DNA of 64,000 bases from Candidatus Azambacteria bacterium. Its GTDB lineage: Bacteria > Patescibacteriota > Minisyncoccia > UBA10092. Both the position numbers and the translations under genes were made by a program. The stretch spans positions 38,397 through 102,396 of the forward strand of contig DMPO01000006.1 of assembly GCA_003455995.1 (NCBI GenBank). Direction: 5' to 3'. The notes beneath the pieces were generated by a model. It was not told the DNA's origin. It ran no database searches and saw only the letters and a list, made by a program, of their open reading frames with translations. Positions 50,329-59,515 of the stretch are shown here, in pieces. Within the stretch, counting starts at the first letter, position 1. The number at the start of each line of letters is the position of its first letter.

Positions 50329-51383
50329 CTCGAATAGCAATTAACGGTTTTGGGCGGATCGGAAGGGTCTTTTTTCGTTGCGCTTTTGGCCAATCGGATA
50401 TAGAAATTGTCGCCATAAATGATTTGGGCGCCGCCGAAAATATGGCGTATCTTTTGAAATATGACTCGGTTTACGGCCCTTATGAAAAATCGGTAGAGTC
50501 CGGTCCGGAAGTTCTGATTGTTGACGGCAAAGAAATTAAAATGATGCGGCAAAAAGATCCCGCTCTATTGCCATGGGGCGATTTGAATATCGATATCGTC
50601 ATCGAATCGACCGGGGTTTTTGAAACGTATGAAAAATCGGCGGCGCATTTAACCGCCGGCGCCAAGCGCGTGATTATTGCCGCGCCCGCCAAAGATGACG
50701 CTACCCCTACGGCTACTCCGAATGTCGGGGAAGAATTTTTGAAATTGAATAAAATAACTTCGGCCGCTTCTTGCACCACTAACGCGGCGACTCCGATAAT
50801 GTCTGCGCTGTCAAAAAATCCCGGCATTAAAAAAGCCGTTTTGAATACCGTCCATGCCTATACGGCGTCCCAAAAGGTAATTGATGGTTCCGATAATAAT
50901 AATGATTACAGAAAAAACAGAGCGGCGGCGCAAAATATTATTCCTTCGACAACCGGCGCCGCGCTTACGGCTACAAAGGTCTTTCCGCCGCTAGAAGGAA
51001 AATTTGATGGCGTCTCTTTAAGGGTGCCGGTAATTTGCGGTTCCATTATTGATTTTACTTTTGTAGCCGAAAGACCGACTTCCGTTGAAGAAATAAACAA
51101 TATTTTGAAAAAAGCCGCGCAAGAAAAACAATGGCAGGAAATTCTGGCGGTTACCGAAGAACAGCTGGTTTCCAGCGACATTCTTAAAAATCCCAATGGT
51201 TCCATCGTCGATCTCAATATGACCAAGGTCGTTGACGGCGATTTGGTTAAAATTTTATCATGGTATGACAATGAATGGGGGTATGCAAACCGTTTAGTAG
51301 AACAGGTAATTAGAGTAGGAAGAACACTAGAAGGTGGAATAGCTCCAACTGACCCATTAACTCTAAGTCATACAAATGGATAA
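50325..51383 (+). CDS. gap: Glyceraldehyde-3-phosphate dehydrogenase (type I)
   Basis: INGFGRIGR, ASCTTN (catalytic Cys), WYDNEWGY C-terminal motif. The last ~25 codons form an unusual C-terminal extension written in a different codon style. Confidence 0.85.
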   Translation: MTRIAINGFGRIGRVFFRCAFGQSDIEIVAINDLGAAENMAYLLKYDSVYGPYEKSVESGPEVLIVDGKEIKMMRQKDPALLPWGDLNIDIVIESTGVFETYEKSAAHLTAGAKRVIIAAPAKDDATPTATPNVGEEFLKLNKITSAASCTTNAATPIMSALSKNPGIKKAVLNTVHAYTASQKVIDGSDNNNDYRKNRAAAQNIIPSTTGAALTATKVFPPLEGKFDGVSLRVPVICGSIIDFTFVAERPTSVEEINNILKKAAQEKQWQEILAVTEEQLVSSDILKNPNGSIVDLNMTKVVDGDLVKILSWYDNEWGYANRLVEQVIRVGRTLEGGIAPTDPLTLSHTNG

Positions 51384-51996
51384 ATCTAAAAATAAAAAAA
51401 AGATAAAACAAATTAGTTATTTTGGTTTTGCAGATGCAGCTCCTAATGATCCACTTTATAAAGAAGCTTTTGAAGTTGCCAAATATATGGCCGAAAAAGG
51501 TTTTGTTGCAATAAATGGAGGAGGACCTGGAACAATGAGAGCAGTTTCAGAAGGAGCCAAAGCTGGTAAAGGAACCGCAGTTGGGGTTACTTTTTATCCT
51601 AAAGATATTACAAATTTTGAAGGAAGAGATCCTGAAAATCCAATGGATATGGAAATAAAATGTCCTAATTATCTTGAAAGAACTTTAAAACTTTTAGAAT
51701 TAGGTGATGCATATGTCTTTTTTAGAGGAGGGACAGGAACAATTTCTGAATTTGGTATGGCATGGGGCTTAGCTAGACTTTATTTTGGCCATCACAAGCC
51801 TCTAATTTTATTTGGAGATTATTGGAACAATATTATTAAAAGTTTTATAGATAATATGAGAATAAGATCGGAAGACTTGAAAGTATATAAAGTTGTTAAT
51901 AGTCCAGAAGAAATTATTGACGCTATTGAATACTTTGATAGGGTGTTAACTGAAAACAAAGTTATTCATAATGATGAGAAGGCTTTTCAGATATAA
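51376..51996 (+). CDS. LOG family protein (TIGR00730 Rossmann-fold nucleotide-binding / cytokinin riboside 5'-monophosphate phosphoribohydrolase-like)
   Basis: INGGGPGTMRAVSEGA and FRGGTGTISEF are the two conserved LOG motifs. Confidence 0.7.
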   Translation: MDKSKNKKKIKQISYFGFADAAPNDPLYKEAFEVAKYMAEKGFVAINGGGPGTMRAVSEGAKAGKGTAVGVTFYPKDITNFEGRDPENPMDMEIKCPNYLERTLKLLELGDAYVFFRGGTGTISEFGMAWGLARLYFGHHKPLILFGDYWNNIIKSFIDNMRIRSEDLKVYKVVNSPEEIIDAIEYFDRVLTENKVIHNDEKAFQI

Positions 51997-52025
51997 ATTT
52001 TAGTTTATTTTTATATTTAATATTC

Positions 52026-52874
52026 ATGAAATACACAATTGAAGATCTGGAGAAAATTGCTATAGAGGTAAGAGAGGATATTGTCAAAATGATTTTAAAA
52101 GCAGGTGCAGGACATCCTGCAGGATCTTTAGGTATGGTTGAAGTCTTTGTGGCACTTTACTATGCCATTTTAAATCATGATCCTAAAAATCCCAATTGGG
52201 AAGATAGGGATAGATTAATTCTTTCAAATGGCCATATTTGTCCCGCTCGTTATGCAGTAATGAGTCATGTAGGTTATTTTGAACATAAAGAACTTTTAAA
52301 ATTTGGTGGATTTGGCAGAATTTTGCAAGGTCATCCGGACAAAAGATTTTTACCTTCTCTTGAAACAACTTCGGGGCCATTAGGCTGTGGACTTGCTCAA
52401 GGATGTGGTATTGCCATAGGGGCTAAGATGGATAAAAAAAGGTTTAGAACTTTTGTAATAACTTCAGATGGGGAACATGATGAAGGAAATCATTGGGAGG
52501 CTGTTGCCTTTGCTGGGAAAAACAATTTAAGTAATTTAACTTTAATTGTTGATAGAAATAATATTCAGATTGATGGATTTACTGAAAATGTGATGCCACT
52601 TGAACCTTTAGCTTCTAAATACCAAGCTTTTGGTTGGTCTACTATAGAAATTGATGGTCATAATTTTTCTGAAATTGTTAATGCAGCAAATAAAGCTCGT
52701 GCAATTTATGAAAACCCAACAGTAATTATTGCAAAAACAATTCCAGGTAAAGGAGTTCCTTTTATGGAGGGAAATCCTAATTGGCATGCAAAGGCACCAA
52801 GTTCAGATGAAGCAAAACAGGCAATTATTGATATCAGAACAATGCAGGGGAAAATCAAAACTTATGGGGAATAA
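52026..52874 (+). CDS. Transketolase, N-terminal (ThDP-binding) subunit
   Basis: GHPAGSLGMVEV, DRLILSNGHICPARYAV, GHPD...TSGPLGCGLAQGCGIAIG and SDGEHDEGNHWEA are split-transketolase signatures. Confidence 0.85.
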   Translation: MKYTIEDLEKIAIEVREDIVKMILKAGAGHPAGSLGMVEVFVALYYAILNHDPKNPNWEDRDRLILSNGHICPARYAVMSHVGYFEHKELLKFGGFGRILQGHPDKRFLPSLETTSGPLGCGLAQGCGIAIGAKMDKKRFRTFVITSDGEHDEGNHWEAVAFAGKNNLSNLTLIVDRNNIQIDGFTENVMPLEPLASKYQAFGWSTIEIDGHNFSEIVNAANKARAIYENPTVIIAKTIPGKGVPFMEGNPNWHAKAPSSDEAKQAIIDIRTMQGKIKTYGE

Positions 52875-52886
52875 ATAAAAATTATT

Positions 52887-53882
52887 ATGGTTAACAATAA
52901 ATTAAACTTATCAGATCAATTATTTAAAAAAGATATAGAAAAAAAATTCATGAGAGACGGATTTGGTGAGGGACTTTTAACGGCAGGTGAAAAGGATGAA
53001 AGAATTGTTGTTTTAACAGCTGATTTAAAAGAATCAACAAGGGTTAATCTTTTTGCAGATTCCTTTCCAGAAAGATTTATTGAAGTTGGAGTTTCCGAAC
53101 AAGCGATGGTAACAATTGCATCAGGTCTTGCTAATTACGGAAAAATTCCATTTTGCAGTTCATATGCTGTCTTTAGCCCGGGAAGAAATTGGGAACAGAT
53201 TAGAACAACAATTGGAATAGATAATTATCCTGTAAAAATAATTGGAGCGCAATCAGGACTTAATATTGGTCATTATGGAGTAACACATCAAGGCCTGGAA
53301 GACATTGCTCTTGCCCGTGTTATTCCAAACATGAATGCTATCGTTCCAAGTGATTATATTGAGGCAAAAAAAGCGACTTTAGAGATTGCAAAGAGTGATA
53401 AACCTTACTATATGAGACTACCTAGAATTGATAGTCCTGTCTATACCACAGATAAAACTCCATTTAAAATTGGAAAGGCCAATATTTTAACTGAAAGTAA
53501 AATTCCAGAAGTAGCAATTATTGCAACTGGTTTATTGGTTTATAAAGCGCTTTTAGCATATAAAGAACTAGAAAAAAATGGAATAGAAACAATTGTAGTA
53601 AATATGCATACAATAAAACCTTTAGATGAAGAAACAGTTATAAGAAGTGCAAAATTAACAGGAGCTGTTGTTACAGTTGAAGAACATCAGATAATTGGTG
53701 GATTGGGATCCGCGATATCAGAAAGTTTATCTAAAAATTTTCCTGTACCAATGGAAATATTGGGAGTAAAAGATAGGTTTGGACAATCAGGAACTCCAAA
53801 AGAGTTATTTGAAGAATATAATTTGACTAAGGAAGACATTATTAAAGCCGTTAAAAAAGTTATAAGCAGGAAAAATTCTTAA
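52887..53882 (+). CDS. Transketolase, C-terminal (pyrimidine-binding) subunit
   Basis: FIEVGVSEQAMVTIASGLA and the downstream TK_C-like domain. Follows the N-terminal subunit after a 12-nt gap. Confidence 0.85.
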   Translation: MVNNKLNLSDQLFKKDIEKKFMRDGFGEGLLTAGEKDERIVVLTADLKESTRVNLFADSFPERFIEVGVSEQAMVTIASGLANYGKIPFCSSYAVFSPGRNWEQIRTTIGIDNYPVKIIGAQSGLNIGHYGVTHQGLEDIALARVIPNMNAIVPSDYIEAKKATLEIAKSDKPYYMRLPRIDSPVYTTDKTPFKIGKANILTESKIPEVAIIATGLLVYKALLAYKELEKNGIETIVVNMHTIKPLDEETVIRSAKLTGAVVTVEEHQIIGGLGSAISESLSKNFPVPMEILGVKDRFGQSGTPKELFEEYNLTKEDIIKAVKKVISRKNS

Positions 53883-53884
53883 AA

Positions 53885-54163
53885 TTAATAAGCTCCACCT
53901 TTAAAATCGGGGTAATTCAATTTATACCAATTCATTGCTTCTTTACTACAATCATTCTTTACTGTCTCAATTGTAGGCATACAATCTATCCAGCCACCTT
54001 CAGGACAAGAATATGATGATACTTTAGGTTTATTGGTTGGAAGTATTTTGACTATTTTATTTTTTGGGTATACGAAAAAGAGAGCAACTAAGGTAGAAAG
54101 TAAAACTAAGATGGAGAGTAAAATGATCAAAAATTTTTTATCACCACTAGAGTTTTTACTCAT
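53885..54163 (-). CDS. Small signal-anchored Cys-containing protein (hypothetical)
   Basis: 92 aa. N-terminal KKFLIILLSILVLLSTLVALFF anchor resembles the anchors of the two PBP-associated paralogs. Confidence 0.35.
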   Translation of the reverse strand: MSKNSSGDKKFLIILLSILVLLSTLVALFFVYPKNKIVKILPTNKPKVSSYSCPEGGWIDCMPTIETVKNDCSKEAMNWYKLNYPDFKGGAY

Positions 54164-54186
54164 AATGTCATTATAATGTATATCAT

Positions 54187-55149
54187 ATGCAAGAAACTGT
54201 CCAGAAAATTTTAACGTCTAATAGAGGTATTTTAGCTGCAGATGAATCAACAAATACAATTACAAAAAGATTTTTATCATTAGGTTTAACTTCAACCCCA
54301 GAACTTAATAAAAAATACAGAGAAGTGCTTTTTTCAACTCCAGATCTCGAAAAATACATAAGTGGAGTGATTTTATTTGATGAAACAATTAGGCAAGGAT
54401 TAGGTCAAATGTTAAATCAAAAGGGAATATTAATTGGTATTAAAGTTGATGGGGGTTTAGAAAACTTTAATAATACGGAAGAACAAGTCACAAAAGGATT
54501 AGATGGTTTGTCAATTAGACTTGATGAATATAAAAAAATGGGTGCAACTTTTACTAAATGGAGGGGAGTAATTAAAATTTCAGATATTTTTCCAACAGAT
54601 CAATTTTTAGATGAAACTTTAGGAGGAATGGTCAAGTATGCAAAATTAGTTCAGGAAAAGGAAATGATTCCAATAGTTGAACCTGAAATACTTTTAGATG
54701 GAAATCACACAACAACAAGATGTGGAGAGATAACTGGGAAAACATTAAAAAGATTATTTGAATTACTTTTAAAAGAAGGAGTTGACTTGACTAAAGTAAT
54801 TTTAAAGACAAATATGGTTTTACCTGGAAAAGATAGTGGAGTTACAGCAGCCCCATTAGAAGTTGCTGGTGCAACCTTAAGGATATTAAATTTATCTGTT
54901 CCTAAAGAAATTCCAGGAATTGTTTTTCTTTCTGGTGGGCAAACTCCTGATCAAGCAACAAATAATTTAAATGAGATAGTTAAAACCAAAGGAGATTCTC
55001 CTTGGGATATTTCATTTTCATATGGTAGGGCTTTACAAGAAGAAGCAATGAAGACATGGGGTGGAAAAGATGAAAATAAACTTAATGCTCAAGAAGTTTT
55101 TACAAAAAGACTTCAAATTGTTTCTAAGGCTAGGATGGGAGAACTTTAG
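54187..55149 (+). CDS. Fructose-bisphosphate aldolase, class I
   Basis: GILAADESTNTITKRF is the hallmark of class I (Schiff-base) aldolases. Confidence 0.8.
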   Translation: MQETVQKILTSNRGILAADESTNTITKRFLSLGLTSTPELNKKYREVLFSTPDLEKYISGVILFDETIRQGLGQMLNQKGILIGIKVDGGLENFNNTEEQVTKGLDGLSIRLDEYKKMGATFTKWRGVIKISDIFPTDQFLDETLGGMVKYAKLVQEKEMIPIVEPEILLDGNHTTTRCGEITGKTLKRLFELLLKEGVDLTKVILKTNMVLPGKDSGVTAAPLEVAGATLRILNLSVPKEIPGIVFLSGGQTPDQATNNLNEIVKTKGDSPWDISFSYGRALQEEAMKTWGGKDENKLNAQEVFTKRLQIVSKARMGEL

Positions 55150-55151
55150 AT

Positions 55152-56144
55152 ATGAGTAATCTTGATTTACTTTCTGTAGGAGATGCTAATTTAGATGCAT
55201 TTATTACACCTTCTGAATCAGAATCTCTTTGTGACATTAATACTAAGGAGTGTCTAATTGCTTTTTCGTATGCAGATAAAATTCCTGTTAAAAATTTAGA
55301 ATTTTCTGTTGGTGGAAATGCTGCAAATAATTTAGTTGGAACTAAAAGATTAGGAGTTAATTCTGGTGCAGTACTAACCTTGGGGGATGATAGTACAGGA
55401 GTCCAAATTATTGAAAAATTAAGGCAGGAGAGTGTTGACTTAACCTATGTTATTCAACAACCATCGACGCTTTCAAACTTTAATATGGTAATTTCATATA
55501 CAGGGGAGCGAACAATTTTTACATATCATGCCCCAAGATCATATGAATTTCCAGTAAATCTACCTAAAGTTCCTTGGATGTATTTAACTTCGATGGGAGA
55601 ATCTTTTAAACCTTTCTATAATCATATAACTGAGTGGTTAGTTAAAAATCCAGAAACTAAGCTTTCCTTTAATCCAGGAACTTGGCAATTAAGAGGTGGA
55701 ATTGATGCAATTGAAAATGTATTTAAACTTTCTACTTTGGTTTTTGTAAATAAACAAGAAGCAGAGAAACTAACAGGATTTGAAGCTAAAGATAAAGTTA
55801 CTAAAGAACTTCTAATGGCCCTTTCAGGATTGGGACCAAAAATAGCAGTTATTACTGATGGTGGAAACGGATCATTTGTTTTTGATGGTAATAGATTTTT
55901 ACACTGTGGAATACTTCCGGTTGATGCATATGAAAGAACTGGAGCAGGAGATGCTTTTGGATCAGGATTTTTGTCAGCTGTAATCAAAGGCAAAACTTTA
56001 GAAGAAGCTTTAATTTGGGGAACAGTTAATTCAGCTTCAGTTATTGGTTATACAGGAGCACAAAGAGGATTATTAACAGAAGATGATATGAGTACATGGG
56101 TTGACAGGGCAAAATCTTCGGGAGTTATGGTTGAGGAGATGTAG
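55152..56144 (+). CDS. PfkB-family carbohydrate kinase (ribokinase/fructokinase/phosphofructokinase-like)
   Basis: GGNAAN N-terminal motif and ERTGAGDAFGSGFL C-terminal PfkB signature. Confidence 0.75.
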   Translation: MSNLDLLSVGDANLDAFITPSESESLCDINTKECLIAFSYADKIPVKNLEFSVGGNAANNLVGTKRLGVNSGAVLTLGDDSTGVQIIEKLRQESVDLTYVIQQPSTLSNFNMVISYTGERTIFTYHAPRSYEFPVNLPKVPWMYLTSMGESFKPFYNHITEWLVKNPETKLSFNPGTWQLRGGIDAIENVFKLSTLVFVNKQEAEKLTGFEAKDKVTKELLMALSGLGPKIAVITDGGNGSFVFDGNRFLHCGILPVDAYERTGAGDAFGSGFLSAVIKGKTLEEALIWGTVNSASVIGYTGAQRGLLTEDDMSTWVDRAKSSGVMVEEM

Positions 56145-56850
56145 TTGGTTCGGATTCAATAAACTTAATAGTAGATAGAATTTGATCAAAAACTTGAAAA
56201 AGATTTGGATCCTCTGTGCCTAGTTGGAAATAGTATCGTATTCCATTATGGTCAAGCAAAACAAAAATTAGGTTTGGTCCTTTAAGGATTATTGATTTTT
56301 CCCCACCAAGTTCTGACTCAAATTTTTCTGTTCCAGGTTCTGCTCCAGGTTGGTTTAGTCTGTATGTTGCGTCTTGATCGAGTGATTTTTCTGGATTTTC
56401 ATAAGAAAAAAGATAGAGGGTGGCAATCAAACCCTCTACCTCAACACTTTGGGAGCTGGGGTTGTCTACTGGGTAAGATATCCACGATCCATATCCACCA
56501 TCGGGGGACCCTAATACTTCTTTGTGTGTATACCATTTTTCGGGTAATGCAATCGAGAGCCCTATTTTTGAGAAAATATGGACTTTCCAATCTGTAGTTG
56601 GATCTGTTGTTGGTATTGGTTCAGTCGATGTAATCGGAGTAGGGATAACCTGTAATTTTGTAATTTCTTTAACTAAATTTTGTGTTTGATATGCAAAAAA
56701 ACCTGCAATTAAAACAGAAATGATAAGTAAAATTGAAAGTAAAATTACTAAAAAGCTACTATTTTTTTTAGGTTCAGCTGTTTCCATTTTTTGTGCTGGT
56801 TCTATTTGTGGTGTTGGTGTTTGTGTATTTGTGGTTATATTTTGTTCCAT
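56125..56850 (-). CDS. Hypothetical signal-anchored extracytoplasmic protein (paralog of 61711-62424)
   Basis: Pro/Thr-rich N-terminus, then anchor KKNSSFLVILLSILLIISVLIAGFFAYQTQNLVKEITKLQ that is shared with the paralog. Beta-rich C-terminal domain. Confidence 0.45.
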   Translation of the reverse strand: MEQNITTNTQTPTPQIEPAQKMETAEPKKNSSFLVILLSILLIISVLIAGFFAYQTQNLVKEITKLQVIPTPITSTEPIPTTDPTTDWKVHIFSKIGLSIALPEKWYTHKEVLGSPDGGYGSWISYPVDNPSSQSVEVEGLIATLYLFSYENPEKSLDQDATYRLNQPGAEPGTEKFESELGGEKSIILKGPNLIFVLLDHNGIRYYFQLGTEDPNLFQVFDQILSTIKFIESEPTTSPQP

Positions 56851-56887
56851 GCTTTAATAATAACATAGGAAATGTTAAATTTAATGT

Positions 56888-57874
56888 ATGAAAGTCTTTG
56901 TAACCAGAAAAATTCCTGGAGAATCTCTTGAAGAACTTAAAAAAAATAATTTTGAAGTTACTGTCTCAGAATTTGATAGACCATTAACTTCTGAGGAACT
57001 TTTAGAAAAATCAAAAGGAGTTGATGCACTTCTCTGTCTTTTAACAGACAAAATTGATGGTGATTTAATGGATGCAATTGGACCACAACTTAAAATTATT
57101 AGTAACTATGCAGTTGGTTTTGACAATATAAACATTGCTGACGCAACTGATCGTGGAATTGTTGTTACTAATACCTCATGTGTAGAAGTAGATGAAGCAG
57201 TAGCTGAACACACTTGGGCTTTAATTGCATCACTTACTAGAAGAATAGTTGAGGCAGATGAAACAACCAGAAGGGGAGCATTTAAGGGTTGGGAACCAAA
57301 TATATTTTTAGGAGTTTCTTTAATTGGAAAAACCTTAGGAATTATTGGTTTAGGAGGAATTGGGACCATGGTAGCAAGACGAGCAATAGGCTACAAGATG
57401 AATGTTATTTATAACAAAAGGAAAAGAGACGAAGAAGCAGAAAAAAATCTAGGAGTTAGATATTCCGACTTAGATACACTCTTTAAAGAAAGTGATGTTG
57501 TCACACTTCATGTTCCATTAACAGATGAAACTAGGCACATGATTAATAAAGAAACTCTTAATAAAATGAAAAAAGGAAGTTTTTTGGTTAATACTGCAAG
57601 AGGACCTATTGTTGATGAACATTCCTTAGTTGAAAGTTTAAAAGATGGACATTTAACTGGTGCTGCACTAGATGTATTTGATAACGAACCAAATATAGAC
57701 CCAGAACTTATTGGTATGCCAAATGTTATTACAACCCCACACATTGCATCTGCAACACATGAAGCAAGGGAAGCAATGGGAAAATTGGCAGTTTCAGCAA
57801 TTTTAGAAACTTTTTCTTCTAAGGAACCTATTAATATTGTTAATAAAGAGGTTTGGGAAAAAAGGAGAAAATGA
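56888..57874 (+). CDS. D-isomer-specific 2-hydroxyacid dehydrogenase (glyoxylate/hydroxypyruvate reductase / D-glycerate dehydrogenase-like)
   Basis: GIIGLGGIGTMVARRA is the NAD motif. Catalytic-domain signatures of the D-2-HDH family. Confidence 0.8.
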   Translation: MKVFVTRKIPGESLEELKKNNFEVTVSEFDRPLTSEELLEKSKGVDALLCLLTDKIDGDLMDAIGPQLKIISNYAVGFDNINIADATDRGIVVTNTSCVEVDEAVAEHTWALIASLTRRIVEADETTRRGAFKGWEPNIFLGVSLIGKTLGIIGLGGIGTMVARRAIGYKMNVIYNKRKRDEEAEKNLGVRYSDLDTLFKESDVVTLHVPLTDETRHMINKETLNKMKKGSFLVNTARGPIVDEHSLVESLKDGHLTGAALDVFDNEPNIDPELIGMPNVITTPHIASATHEAREAMGKLAVSAILETFSSKEPINIVNKEVWEKRRK

Positions 57875-58866
57875 TATTTTCAAGAGGAAAGGATGCTGAT
57901 TTTGAAGATGAAGTTGAGGAAGAAGAGATTCCTAAGAGAAAATTTAGAGATTTAAGACCAGAAAACCGTAGAGCTCGTAAAGAACCTCCAAAGCCGTGGG
58001 GTAAAAAAGAAAGATTAATTGTTTTAATAATACTTTTAGTTACAGTATTAACTTCAGGAATATTAGCTTTAACTGCAAGAAATTTTAAATTACCAAATTT
58101 TCCCAAAATTGGCATTCCGAATCTTTCTAATTTTAATATTTTTAAAGAACAGGTAATAATTGTGGGGAATAAGGGGACAAAGGTAAACTTAGCTAAAATT
58201 GAAAACACCAAAAAACAATTTAAAAGTTTAACTGATGATTATTCAGGAATTTATGCATTTTATATCTATGATCTAAATGGAAATTATTTTTATGGAGAAA
58301 ATTATCAAGAAAAAATGCAAGCAGCATCATTAATTAAACTGCCTGTAATTTACTTAACATACCTAGAAAGTCAAAAAGGAAACCTTGATATAAATGAATA
58401 TAGGTCTTACTTAGAAGCAATGGGTAAAAGATCAGATAATCAAGCTTTTATAAAAATGGTTTCTATTTTAGGCAAAGAAAATATTAATAAAGCAATAATT
58501 AATCTTGGAATGAGTAAAACCTCTTTAGAGGAAAATATTACAACACCTGAAGATATCGGTTTGTTTTTTAAGAAACTAAAAAATTATGAAATTTTAAATA
58601 AAGAAAATACAGATGAATTTTTAGAATTTTTAACTGATACTTCTTTTGAAAAATGGCTAAGACCAGGAATACCATCTGAAATTAGACTTGCCCATAAATA
58701 TGGTAGAGAAGTACATGCAGTAAATGATGCTGGGATAGTTTTTAGTGATAAACCTTTTGTTCTTGTAATAATGACTGATGGAGTAGTAGAAAGTGAAGCT
58801 GATAAAATATTTCCAGAACTTAGTAAATTATTGTATAATGATCAAATAAATGAAAAAACCAATTGA
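57871..58866 (+). CDS. Membrane-anchored serine hydrolase with class A beta-lactamase/penicillin-binding fold
   Basis: ASLIK (SxxK), RSDN (SDN) and a HKYG (KTG-like) motif. N-terminal TM helix. Start set to the ATG at 57871, which overlaps the upstream stop as ATGA and has an AAAGGAGA SD. Confidence 0.5.
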   Translation: MIFSRGKDADFEDEVEEEEIPKRKFRDLRPENRRARKEPPKPWGKKERLIVLIILLVTVLTSGILALTARNFKLPNFPKIGIPNLSNFNIFKEQVIIVGNKGTKVNLAKIENTKKQFKSLTDDYSGIYAFYIYDLNGNYFYGENYQEKMQAASLIKLPVIYLTYLESQKGNLDINEYRSYLEAMGKRSDNQAFIKMVSILGKENINKAIINLGMSKTSLEENITTPEDIGLFFKKLKNYEILNKENTDEFLEFLTDTSFEKWLRPGIPSEIRLAHKYGREVHAVNDAGIVFSDKPFVLVIMTDGVVESEADKIFPELSKLLYNDQINEKTN

Positions 58867-59515
58867 GTACATAAAGGAATCTTGGACTATCTACACTAAA
58901 AGAGAAAATTTTCTATTTTTCTCAAAAGTCATGGCTATCCTTGTAATTGTTTCCACAGGTTTAAGTTATCTAATTAATTACCTTTATCCAATTAATGTCT
59001 GGAAAGATTTTAAGTTTGATAATACTCCAATGTTAGTTGGTTTTACTTTTTTAATGTTACTTTCAATCGTAATTGGATTCTGGGTTAAAACGGTAACCTA
59101 TTTGGCTATCTTAACTAAACCTACTGATGATATAAAAACTTTCTTTAAAAAAGGATTAAAAAGTATTTGGAAGTTTTACTTAATTTCTCTAGTAATTGGA
59201 ATATTGATATTTTTAGGAAGTTTACTATTAATTATTCCAGGGATTATTTTCGCGGTTTGGTTTTCCTTCTCAATCTTTTTAATTTTAGATAAAAATTTAA
59301 AAATTAAAGACTCTTTATTAAAAAGTAAGTCGTTAGTTAAAGGAAAGTTTTTAAAAATCTTTGGAAGATTTATTGTATTTGGTTTTGTGATCTTAATAAT
59401 CCAAACCATATTAGGCTTAATTCCATATATGGGGACAATATTAGTAAGTTTTCTGGCTCCTCTTTTTATACTTCCTTTCTATTTACTTTATAGAGATCTA
59501 CTCGTTAGTAGTTGA
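58850..59515 (+). CDS. Hypothetical polytopic membrane protein
   Basis: 221 aa with 5-6 predicted TM helices. No recognisable motif. Confidence 0.4.
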   Translation: MKKPIEYIKESWTIYTKRENFLFFSKVMAILVIVSTGLSYLINYLYPINVWKDFKFDNTPMLVGFTFLMLLSIVIGFWVKTVTYLAILTKPTDDIKTFFKKGLKSIWKFYLISLVIGILIFLGSLLLIIPGIIFAVWFSFSIFLILDKNLKIKDSLLKSKSLVKGKFLKIFGRFIVFGFVILIIQTILGLIPYMGTILVSFLAPLFILPFYLLYRDLLVSS

